Positions 27,401 to 38,966 of a stretch of 64,000 bases of DNA are shown one piece after another (positions within the stretch are counted from its first letter, which is position 1; every line of letters starts with the position of its first letter). This DNA comes from Pocillopora damicornis (lineage: Eukaryota). Location: the NCBI RefSeq assembly GCF_003704095.1, contig NW_020847349.1, forward strand, positions 124,001 through 188,000. Direction: 5' to 3'. A program made the translations under genes and the position numbers. The notes beneath the pieces were generated by a model that was not told the origin of the DNA, ran no database searches, and saw nothing but the letters and a program-made list of their open reading frames with translations.

Positions 27401-30400
27401 CTGCCGATAGGAGCCTTCATGTATCGACCAGTTGCACTTGGAATGGACATTACAGACAATAGAGTCTACTGGACAGACGTCAGCCTAAACAGTATCAGAA
27501 GGGCATTCATAAATGGGACATCACCAGAAGTTCTCGTTTCTGTAAATGTGTCTAATGCTGATGGACTTGCTGTTGACCCTGTGGGAGGAAACGTCTACTG
27601 GAGTGACATTTTCGCCAAAAGGATCGAAGTCTGCAGAATGGACGGAACCATGAGGAAAGTATTGATCGACAAGGATCTAGACAAGCCAAGGGATATAATT
27701 CTTGATCTTTCTAAAGGGTAAATACTTTTACCTAGTCATTGTCTCCTAAAAGTGATTCCTCTGTAATGCACAGCGCATCCTGCACTGCGCATCCTGCATT
27801 GCACATACTGCATTGCGCATAAAATAATTTGGTGAGCAAGCGCGCGCATTGTAAGAACATAGTATTTGTTTTTATTTAATGGATGAGGTAAATAGGAACG
27901 ATGGTCTTTTGCTCTTGAACGAGCACGTTTACCTATATTTTTTAGTACATGATCTTGTTGAACAAATTATTTAGTAATCACCTTATTTTTTGTACACTTT
28001 ATAACGAAAAAAAAAGTATATTTAAAAAGAAGCTTACTACTTAAGTTCTACAGGATCATTTTGTTTTCATTATTAGTGGTCTCAGGACGGTTTCAAATAC
28101 AGCCTTCTAAACAAGGGTCTCGATGGAGTTATTCATTAGCCGTTAGACGTAAAATTGACAAATTTAAATCGACAGTCGTAAAAAAAGTTAAACTTTAACA
28201 TTTTTCCTTCCTACTATTTGTCATTTTGTGTCATTTTGGGTTAACCGTAGCGGTGAAATGGCCAAACTTTTAACCGTTAGCCGTAAACAGTTGGTGTGCT
28301 CCTTGCTCTTATTAGGCAAGTTTCAGCTTACGAGAGTGTGCAGAACGGTATATCAGTGCCAATTTGTTTCAAGAAAAAATTCGCACGCCGTTATGTCTTA
28401 CCAAGAGACTTAACCCAACCAACTGTATAATCTCTTGGTCTCACTTTACTAATATACCACAGGAGCTGTTTAAGAGATGTCATCACAATCTCTTCTTCCT
28501 TAGCCATCAGCGCACTTTGTCTTTAAGAGGGAACATTTGCCATAGATATGCCACTTACTTGGTTTTTGCTTTGTTTAAGGTTGATGTACTGGTGTGACTG
28601 GGGTACTGTGGCTAGGATTGAAGTTGCTAACATGGACGGAAGCAGTCGGCAGATATTGGTAAAAAGAGGATTATACTGGCCAAATGGTCTCACTTTAGAT
28701 GAAGCAAATAATCGGCTCTACTGGGTGGACGCATACCTTAACACCCTTGAATATTATGATTTGGAACGTCACACAATAACAACTTTGATGGAAGATGGTT
28801 CTAAATTACCACATCCGTTCGGTTTGACGCTGTTTGAAGATCACTTGTATTGGACGGATTGGTGGTTAGATGTTGTTAATCGAGCGGAAAAGAAGACACT
28901 TTCAAATATGACGGTTGTTGCCAAGGGCCTTGGTCGACCCATGGATATACATGCGTATGATAGAAATAAACCTCTCCCAGGTAAACAACTTCTAACACCC
29001 TAGCTCTATGTCTTTTTTGTCTTCTCTGAGTCACCTCCTTTAGAGCCATTTTGAAGTGATGTCTATAGTGCCGTCAACATTAAGCAATGGCTGCTTTTTT
29101 TTCAGCTATCCGGAGGCTGTGAAAAAATCAATAATGGATTGCTTACTTCTGATCTACTCGACTGAAGGCGTTTTACTCAGAAACAATTCTGTGCAATTAT
29201 CAGCTTTTAAAAAACAGAGAAGGAAGATGAAAAAATATATATATATTCTCCATAATTGAGAATATTTGTAGACTGATTCTCATCTTGCGCTCTACCTTGA
29301 AATAAAATCCGTAATCATACAGTTCGCGGTTAAAGCTCAACAAAAGCTTATGTTCTCTTAGTTAATACAAGTTATCATGATGGTTTGAGGCAAAGAATGA
29401 AAACTAGTAACTTAGTTTCCAATCAATGATTAACAAGCACCGACTACTGTATACATAGGTATGCTAGGAGCTGGAGGTGAACTCCTACTTTTTCGTATAA
29501 ATTTGGAGGAGATCAAATCAAAAGCTATCAAAAAAAGGAAACAGGTCACTTTGCATCAGTCATGGTAATGAGCGCTTGACTATGTTGAAGTTTCTTCGTC
29601 ACCAGATCACCCCTGTTCTAAGTCCTATGGTGGGTGTTCTCACCTGTGCCTTTTGAGACCGGATGGATATCGGTGCTCGTGTCCAGACTACCTGCAACCC
29701 GGTGAAAATTGCTCTAGTTCTGGTAAGTGGTTTACTTGAGGATGGCCGTTTGGTTTCGACTAACTATAGCGAGAATTTCAGTCAAATATACCCTTGCCAG
29801 ACGTTTTCCAAGTCAGGTCCACACAAAACAAAGCAACGACAGTTGAACAACAGCTTTCTTTACTCGACGAGTAAGCTCAGTACATACCGTCCGATTGTTA
29901 ATGCCAAATACACTGTACTCGTAAATTTTTTTCGGGCAAGTTTTCTTTAAGCGTCGAGTGCATAAAGTTTTTTCCTCTCATAACAAATAACGTCCATGAG
30001 AATTTCCCTCCCAAAGGAAGTTATTCTTTATTTAAAGGGGTAAGTTTCTAAAGAAACTGTGGTGTTGTGTCAGTGAGAGATTATGACAGGGTAATTTAGC
30101 ATTATCTACTGAGTTGATAACTTTAATTGGCCACCGCAAAGAGTTACAAAGCTGACGTTTCGAGCGTTAGCCCTTCCTCAGATGACGAATTACTGTTATT
30201 TATGTCTAATCAGAATCTTTTTTCTCCGAAATCAGTCCACCTCTATTCTCCACCTTCTTCAAGTACGCCTGAAGCCACAACAACACAGCAGTCAGCCACC
30301 ACACAGCATTCAGCCACCACACAGCACTCAGCCACCACACAGCACTCAGCCACCACACAGCACTCAGCCACCACACAACAGTCAGCCACCACAGAGCCGT

Positions 30401-33400
30401 CATCCACCAGACAGCAGTCATCCACCACACGGCAGTCATCCACCAGACAGCAGTTATCCACCAGACAGCAGTCATCCACCAGACAGCAATTATCCACCAC
30501 ACAACAGTCATCCACCACACGACAGTCATCCACCAGACGGCAGTCATCCACCAGACAGCAGTCATCCACCAGACAGAAGTCATCCACCACACAGCGGTCA
30601 GCCACCACACAGCAGTCGTCCACCGGACAACAATCAACTCCTCCAGGTCCTTATGATTGTCGTTCGAACAAGTGTAAAAATGGAGGATCTTGTGTAATCC
30701 CTGGTTATTTTTGCGAGTGTCCGAAGTATTATGTTTGGGACCTCTGCCTTGTTTACGTTGGTAAGCGTAAATCGATTAAATTGAGCTTATACTCTTGTTT
30801 ATCAAGCCGATTTGGTTAAACCAGGTCATCTGTTCCCTTACACCACAGAGAATTAGTATGTGGGGAAGATGGTAGAGATGTACATGTAATCTATCTGGGC
30901 CGCGCTCTGCTGTAATCGCATTTTCGTCGTCTTTAGATCTACCGCATGCACCACAATTTTGGGCAAGAACTTATGCAGGAACAGGCCGAAAATGAGAACT
31001 TTTCAACCAAAAACGGAGTAAATTACAGGCTAGATTGTAAGAATTCCTATTCTAGAGAGGTACTAAGGATATCTTACTCCCCTTTGTGTCAGTTGTCATA
31101 AAAGATCAACTAGGGTTAGAAAACACGAGTATGGACAAAAGATGCAAATCATAACACAGGTTCTAGATCAATACAAAAGTTAGCTGCAAAACTCAAAATG
31201 AAAGTGAAGAAGCTGCCCAGAAATAAAATTAGTGCTTGTTAGAAGGACTTCATAACATCATGTGAAAGGTTTGATATCTCTCAGTAACATCATTGTAATT
31301 GCAAGAGGTACTTTTAAGAATGCTGTTCTCATTTTAGGTTCAAGCGCCGTAGAAGTAGAGGTAAATCTTCAAAACGAGGTAAGGATGCTGCGTTTTGTTT
31401 CTTGCTGACACCCTTCCCCCTAGCCCCCCCTTCCCCCCCAGCGTAATCAACCTTGCATATTTCTTTTAAGGCATAAAGCGTTCCGTAGAAAGTGCAAGAA
31501 CGGTGAATCAAGTTTTCATTGGTGGAAGAAGTCAACATTTTTTTATTTCTTTTCCTTTGTTATCCCGACCATCAATTTCAACAATGACTGATTCCCCATT
31601 TGGTTGACGAATATCCAATAACCGTATGAGCTCTAGAAAAAACAATGGCTACTGCTTCCTTACGAACCGCATCTAGATCTGGAAAAGATTTAGCTTTTTT
31701 AAAGTGGACTTGGAACTGAATTTCCAATGTCGTATCCTTTGCTCTGTCACCAAATAGGTTTGTTTCGGTGGATTCGCTTTCATCTCCTCCACTTTCTACA
31801 AACAACAACTCTAAATGAATAGCGCCAGGAGCTAAATAAACCTCAAGTTGTGTTTATCTTGAACAAACTTCTCACCAGATAGCACAATCCTATTTTCATT
31901 TTATTGAATTCTGTTTAGGCACAATGGACAACGTATAACTTCCGAGCTGCAGTGGCAAAAGCTTGCACGGGTTTTTTTTGCGGAGATGAGGAATGTGCAA
32001 GGTAATGGTAGGATCTGTTTATGTATTTGCCCTCCTTGCATTGGAGAGTTGACCTTCTTTATTTAAAAAAACTTGAGAAAAAAAATCAAAATGCAGATGA
32101 AACGAATTCCTTTATCTGATTGACAAACGCTCTCATATTCGTGAATTTTACGTCAGAGGAAATTTTTGACAGTCTTATTATTAATATCAACACCTTCAAC
32201 ACCTCCTTTAGACCAGATCTGTCAATCAGCGAATTTTTTCAAACCCCCCTCCCCTCCCCCTACCACCGCATTTTAGGCTTTTCCTTAAATAAGTGTGAAT
32301 TAAAATTCATTTGCAGGATGTCAAAACGAGATGTTAATTCGGAAAAAAAATTCGTGGCTTCCGACGCTAAAATACTTGGACTTTCCATTAGTGGGGAAAA
32401 TACTTTGAAAGTAGAAGTAGCTGTTTTATTTCCATCTGTGGAAGGCCAGGTTCCTGAACCTGTACCTCGTGCTACACTGGAACAAATACTCCAGAAAAGT
32501 GAAGAAAGTCTTGGGGCAGCCATTGGAGGCACGATCATTAGGATTGGTAATAACACTTTTAACCTTAATCGCGCTTCTTTGGAAAAAGGCGGTCAGCCAG
32601 TTTCTTTTAATAATATGAAAGCAAGACATACCTTAGAGTTTGAGATCTATTGTAGGTTAATGGACGACTAGCTAGTATCTCCTCCGGGTTCCTTTGCTAT
32701 GGAGAACCACACACTTCTGTCTCCAGACTCCGACTTCTACATCAATAAATGCAGAGTTTCAGAAATTTAGGGATTTCAAAGCTTGTAGCTTGGTCAATGA
32801 CCGAAACAAAAGGAAAACTGAGCTAATTCTCGTAAGCCACCCCTTCAATATGTTATCATAAAAAATTGAAGTAAGGCTGCCTTGAAAACTTTGCGCCGAT
32901 TTAAGTCACGTTTATTTTTTCACATCTTTTTTTTTGGCCTCCATTCTTGAGTCATCAATTCGGTGGTTAACTTTAGCTTATTTGTGTGACCCTAATTTTC
33001 AGTCAATGTACCGAAAATTCTCGATATCTACCGGAACGTTTTAACGATTTCGAAAGAATAGATTTTCGTTTCGCCCACCCTTCCTTCACAAAGCCTATAT
33101 CACAGACTTTATATGAAGTGCTCCAAGCGGTATGATTCCTTCCCTTGCACACTATATACTAACAGGTAATTTAGTGTTAACAACTGAGTTAAAAATGTGA
33201 ATTGGCAATTGCAATCGCTCTGACGAAGGGCTAATGCTCGAAACGTTAGCCTTTAAACTCTTTACGGTGGCCAATTTCCGTTTTCAACTCAGTTGTTCAC
33301 ACTAAATTACCCTTTTATACTCTCCCACTGACGTAGTACCACAGTTTCTTTAGAAACTTGCCCCCTTTATGCACTTTACTAAGTTTGGCGACGATTATTA

Positions 33401-34520
33401 TATAATATATCCACATTTGTGTCAAACATTGCAGGAGTTGTTTCTTTTTTTAATACCATGTTTGAGTTACGTGCGGTATATGAGCTTAGATACCAGGGCC
33501 TGTGCACCAATCAAAACTTAGGACCTGATATGTATCACAGACAACTTTAAACTTTTTAACGATTATCACATTCTACCTTTTTTTCAAGGCAAAAGACAGG
33601 TAGAGAATCCAACAAATAGTGAAAGGTCTACTCAGGATAAAGAGACGTTAAACGTGCCAATTGTTGCTGGGTTAGGAGGCACTGTTGTTCTGTTGGTGCT
33701 AATCGTGGTATTCTTCGTTTACCAAATGATGCGGTGAGGCTTTCAAAAGAAGTTACTTTCTTTTATTAATCAGTCAATCGACCAGTCATTTTGAAGTACG
33801 CCAACATATTTTGGCTTTGACATTTACAATCCTGCTAATCTTTTTCGTCCTTGTCATTCTCCTTCCTTTTTATATTCCATTCTGCACCTTCTTGCGCTTT
33901 GGAGTCTCATTGTACTTTAGAAAGCTTTTCAGTATTTTATTGTCTCATTCTATTATAAATCACTTACTCCTGCTACAGAAAAAATAACACGAAACATCGC
34001 GACGTAGTCCCTTGGAGCTCGGAGACGTCCCAATAAACTGCAACTGCATTGGAAATTTCATTTATTTCTATACTTGAAAATGGAGAGAAGAAACATGACA
34101 GAAGGTCATTTATGAAGAATGGCCGGCTGTTGTTGTGGTTGTTTCCTTTTTTCTTAAGATATGTCCGATTTGTCTTACAGGAAAAGAAATCATACAGGGA
34201 AAAGAACAGACGAAATATATTTGGACAGTGACTTTGTGCACCCCAGAGCCAATTCTATGGTTACATTTGAAAACCCAGGGTATGTCGGGGAAAACACGAC
34301 GTATGAATCCATCCACCACAGAAGTGGATCGGTGACATCCAGACAAGAGCAAGTCAACGGGGTTGGATCCTTGGACAACAACAACGCCACACAGCAAGCA
34401 ACCGAAAAAACTTTTCTGAGTAACCCAACCTATGGTGTGCCATTCACTAAAGATCCTACAAATATCGAAGATTCTGAAAATCGTTATGCCACCATTGAGG
34501 AGAAGAAGACAGAGCCCTAG
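24450..34520 (+). CDS. LRP-like receptor, copy B, 3' part: EGF, propeller, EGF, propeller, EGF, mucin stalk+EGF, SEA-like, TM, NPxY tail
   Basis: Exons 24450-24572, 25132-25537, 26148-26548, 26865-26996, 27312-27717, 28580-28980, 29606-29722, 30236-30760, 31338-31378, 31919-32001, 32317-32546, 33589-33733 ([25 protein letters not shown]), 34181-34520 (FENPGY, NPTY, stop). All phases are compatible and the frame is open throughout. Confidence 0.9.
30036..30185 (-). mobile_element. Penelope-associated repeat fragment with minimal hammerhead motif (CTGAGGA-A-GGGCTAACGCTC-GAAAC-GTC on - strand, 30151-30181)
   Basis: Core motif seen. The same repeat family occurs at 33163-33376, 40470-40617, 54781-54945 and 60287-60456. 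Confidence 0.6.
30286..30627 (+). repeat. Coding 18-bp VNTR, 19 hexapeptide units ([18 protein letters not shown]), mucin-like stalk of copy B
   Basis: CAGCAGTCATCCACCACA-type units inside exon 30236-30760. Confidence 0.95.
33163..33376 (+). mobile_element. Penelope-type palindromic element inserted in the intron before the TM exon of copy B only
   Basis: Flanked by TACTAA on both sides (33157-33162, 33377-33382); absent at the matching site of copy C (~43565); internal inverted repeats. Confidence 0.7.
33217..33250 (+). ncRNA. Minimal type-I hammerhead ribozyme motif
   Basis: gct-CTGACGA-a-gggc-taat-gctc-GAAAC-GTT-agc: CUGANGA and GAAA core, stem II, 3-bp stem I (gct/agc), palindromic ACGT stem III. 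Confidence 0.55.
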
Positions 34521-35479
34521 GCGAAAGAATCCGGGTTGACTGATCGAGTTAGTTACGTGAATCTTGTAGAATAGCACAGAAGACATTGATAGTAACATGC
34601 TGTAGCGAAAGTGAATTAGGTTTCCCTGGCAACTGCATTTTTCTTTGTTTATTTCTTAAGAGCTTTAGCTACAAAAAACATGCCGGAGTCGATATTTCCA
34701 CAACATCCCTATCGGCTTTTTTTGGGGCTCGATGTTGGAATAAAGAGAGATTCTTTCAATTCCTTTAGTCGCAAGCTTGGCACAAACGGTTTTTTTTTCA
34801 TTTTTTTTTTTCATTTTCCCTCCCAAAAACCGACGAAAGTGCGTGTTTTTCCATCTACACTGCCATGGGAAACTTGTAAGTTTGAATTCACCTTTTATAT
34901 TCCTTTAGTTTGCCTTGCGATCTCTCTTGAGGTAGGAAAAGGATAGGGTCACCATAAAAATCTGATTTGTATAAATTGTGGCAATAACTAAAATTTTTTT
35001 AACATTATGACGAAGCTACGCTTTAGCATCCAGTTCTTGGCGGAGGTAGAATTAAATAGATTTCTGTTGTCTTAGAAAAAGTATGCACAGCGATTTTTAA
35101 CTATTAGCCTTCGCACAATTACTGCTGTTAGCATGAAGGCTCCAGTTGAAGAGAATTGGGATGGTATTACCTCTTGAATGCTTGAGAAGGATCTCCCTTG
35201 CTCTCTTTTATGCAACAGTTGTTTGTCATAAGGGCAGCAGAGAAGAAAGAATAAGGAATTAGTCACATTACTCTTACAAGTACTGACGATATTCCTTATC
35301 ACAATATTAATGTTGCATGCATTTTGAAATTGTTAGATGCACCTTTCTGTTTATGTTATTATAGCAAATTAATTTGACTTTTGCTTTTTGAATGGATCAC
35401 GATTGGCTTTCTTTCGTTTTAATCTACTTAGTTTTTACGTATATTCATTCCTGGTGTGAAATCCTCGTTAATTGAGCGG

Positions 35480-35485
35480 AATAAA
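35480..35485 (+). terminator. Candidate polyadenylation signal of receptor copy B (conserved at 45623-45628 in copy C)
   Basis: AATAAA followed by T-rich sequence in both copies. Confidence 0.35.
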
Positions 35486-37179
35486 GTTTCTTGAGTTATT
35501 TTAATGTCATAAAAAATTAAATATTTTTTTCCATCAGTGTTATTTCAAATAATCACAGTTAGAGAGAAAAGATTAAAGATCTTGGGTTAATCATGTTTCA
35601 ATGTTTACTTTGCATGTTATAATCCCTGTTGATGTTATTACCTAGCTTAATATCTTTCCTAGTTCGTTCATTATATATTTCCTATTACTCGTATTGGGAC
35701 AGTGTTTCGTTTTGCTTTCTCTTTTTTGTGTTTTCTTTGATCGCGGCCTCTGAGGGAAATCTTCTCATTCCCTATTCTGTCTCTTTCTCGCTTCCTTCTG
35801 CGCTAGGCCGATACGGCATTCCGTTTTCCTTTTTTTGCACTTTATTTTGCGTTATTCATCATATCTATTTGTTTTCCTTTTACCGAGTCTTTACTGCCAT
35901 TTGTGTTCTTGTGTTTCTCCTTTTGCCGGCATCCTACTCCTTCCCGCCCTCCTTGAAAGAAACTTATGGAAACTCATTCCTTTTTAATAAAAATAGTCCT
36001 TCCAGAAAAAAAAAAAAGCTTAAAGGACTGATCACTTTAAACAAATTGGGACGATGGGCTCGTCGACTCATTGTTCGGAACGTGTCCGTTAATATTGCGT
36101 GACAAGTTCGTGACAAGCTCGTGACAAGTTACCTCGTCTGAAAACGTCTCAGGGAAATTTACGATTTTTGGTAGCGAGCGAGCGTGACAGTTTTGTTGCT
36201 AAAACCATAATTACGGAGACCTTTTGTAGTGAGTTATTTGGTGTTACACAAACTTTTCCCATACAATTCAGTTCTCTCGCTCCACAAACCGTATAATTTG
36301 TCATGCCTTGAGCACGAGAATGTGGACTCAGAGTCTCTGCCGTCAAGTTCTTGTGTATCATTTAGACAGTCCGAAGATCTATTATGCCGAATACTTCTGT
36401 TTTGTTTCGTCGTTGCTTTTGTGTAATATACAGCAAATGATCAATCCCCATTTCTCTAAACTAGCACGGCATGAGCCCACCTGAGCCCCCGATGTGATAT
36501 TCCAGCAGTCGTAGTTACTACTAGTAACTATTTACACTGTCATGTTTTTCTTCTTCATAGTCTCACAGTGTAATATGAAAATATTTTTGCAACGGTCCGT
36601 CCTTTACTTAAGCACTCCAACAAGTTTTTTTCCTTATATATTGGTTTCAGCCTTTTAATCTACTTTGTCTGTTGGATACGGAAAATGCTGAGTTTGAAAT
36701 TTTGCGGATTGCTCCGATGAGTTACCAGCGGGAAATTATATGGGGTTTGCCTTTTTACATCTAACTAGGTAAGATTTAAACACACATTTATAGCATTCTT
36801 TCCCTTTAGCGCTTATGCACTACTTATACATCAACCTTCACAGATGCACAGAAGCCAACATTATTCTGGTAGTGACGATTATTTATTACATGTATTTGTA
36901 ATTTCGATTAATGGGGCATTTTCTCCAACATAGGTACATGCATTCTTTCTGAGGTTAGAGATGACTAAAGAAAAGGATAATAACTAGTCGAGGTCTACAA
37001 AATGATCTCCATAAGTGTTGCAAGGGGTTTTTGATATCTGATTCATGTTAGTAGTTTCAGAGGTCTTTCAATGTTTGAATTACTTCTATTTAAGTTGACT
37101 GTCACCACTAAACCAAAATTCTTCTTCCTTAATTTGTTTTCTTTTCCTCATCAGATCAGGTTAGATTGGTCCATAATTA

Positions 37180-37475
37180 CTGAATGGCAGATGGATGGAT
37201 GGAGTGATCAACTGACTTATGGACTGACTGACTGACTGAGTGCTGGACTGTTTGCAGTTTAACTGGCTTACTGACTGAATGACTGACTAGAGACAGACTG
37301 ACTGACTATCCAACTGACTGGCTGACTGACTGAACAGAAAATGAACAAATGAATAGATGGACTGATGGATGAACAAGCTGACTACCTAAGTATCTGAGAG
37401 ACTGGCTTACTTACTGACTTGTTAACTTACTGACAGACTGACTACCAGTAATTGACTTACTAACTGACTGACCAA
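37180..37475. repeat. Degenerate (GACT/GATG)n tetranucleotide repeat
   Basis: Seen directly. Confidence 0.8.
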
Positions 37476-38966
37476 CCTCCTGGCTGAATCTTGTGGACTT
37501 TCCCATTCATTTCTTTGCTGAACCAGGTAAGAAACACTAGTACTTGAGCCTTTAGCTGACCAGGTTCTGTACCTGACTAGGTCATTGCAGCTCTTATTTG
37601 GTGTAGAAGACACAGTATTTGTCACAGTAGAATTTCATCACAACTGGAAATAAGAGAACAATGAAAACAATAGTGTGACGTATACTGTATCTTCTGCGCC
37701 AAGTAAAAGCCATCATTGCAGTGCATTCTTGGGGAAGATTCTTTACTCTCACCCTACCTCTCTCTACCCAGGAGGACAAATGGGTAGGAGCAAGCTGTCA
37801 GGAAAACCTGTTGCAATGTGAGGGGTATCCTGGGATGGGCAAGTACTCCACCCAGTGGGGATTAGCTGTACTTTCTGGTTGTTTTATGCTATGGGTACAA
37901 GGGTAAGTTACAGCCAGATGAGTGACTTGGCTTGATTGTAGGCTTTAATGTCAACCCACTTTTTTTTTTTTTTTTNNNNNNNNNNNNNNNNNNNNNNNNN
38001 NNNNNNNNNNNNNNNNNNNNNNNNNNNNNNNNNNNNNNNNNNNNNNNNNNNNNNNNNNNNNNNNNNNNNNNNNNNATCCTGCATTGCGCATAAAATAATT
38101 TGGTGAGTAATCGCGCGCATTGTGAGAACATGGTATTTGGTTTTTTTATTCATTGGACGAGGTCACTAGGTACAATGGTCTTTTGTACTCTAATGAGCAC
38201 GTTAACCTATATTTTTTATTAGATGATCTTGTTGAACCAATTATTTAGGAATCACGTTATTTGTTGTACACTCTATTGCAAAGAAAATTAGTATATTTAA
38301 AAAAGAAGCTTACTACTTTAGTTCTATATTCCCATGCATGCCTTTGGATCTTTTTGTTTTTTTCACAGACGAAAGCCTGTCCTGCCCAGGAAATAAAAGG
38401 GAAAGAAACAAACCTTGTAACCTTTTTGTTAAGAATAGCAATTTGTTTTCATTATTAGTGGTCTCAAGACAGTTTCAAAAATAGTCTTCTAAACGAGGGT
38501 CTCGATGGAGTTAACCATTAGCCGTTAGGCGTAAAATTGACCGATTTAAACCGATAGTCGTGAAAAAAAGTTAACCGTAAACATTTTTCCCTTTTACAAT
38601 CCGTCATTATGTGTCATTTTGGGCTAACGGCAGCCGTGAAATGGCCAAAATTTTAACCGTTAGGCGTAAACAGTTGGTGTGCTCTCAGCTCTTAGCTCTT
38701 AGTAGGTAAGTTTCAGCAAACGAGAGTCTGCAGAACGGTTTATCAGTGCCAATTTGTTTCAAGAAAAAATTCGCACACCATTATGTCTAACTAAGAGACT
38801 CACCCCAACCAACCTTATAATCTCCTGGTCTCACTTTACTGATGTACCACAAGAGCTGTTTAAGAGACTCCATCACAACCTCTTCTTCTTTCGCCATCAG
38901 CCATTATCGTCAAGCGGGAACATTTGCCATAGATATGCGACTTTCTTGATTTTTGCTGCTTTTAAG

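Noticed and set aside
35629-36102. Hydrophobic 157-aa ORF in the 3' flank
   Set aside because: T-rich low complexity; frame not preserved in the copy C flank (45847-46101)
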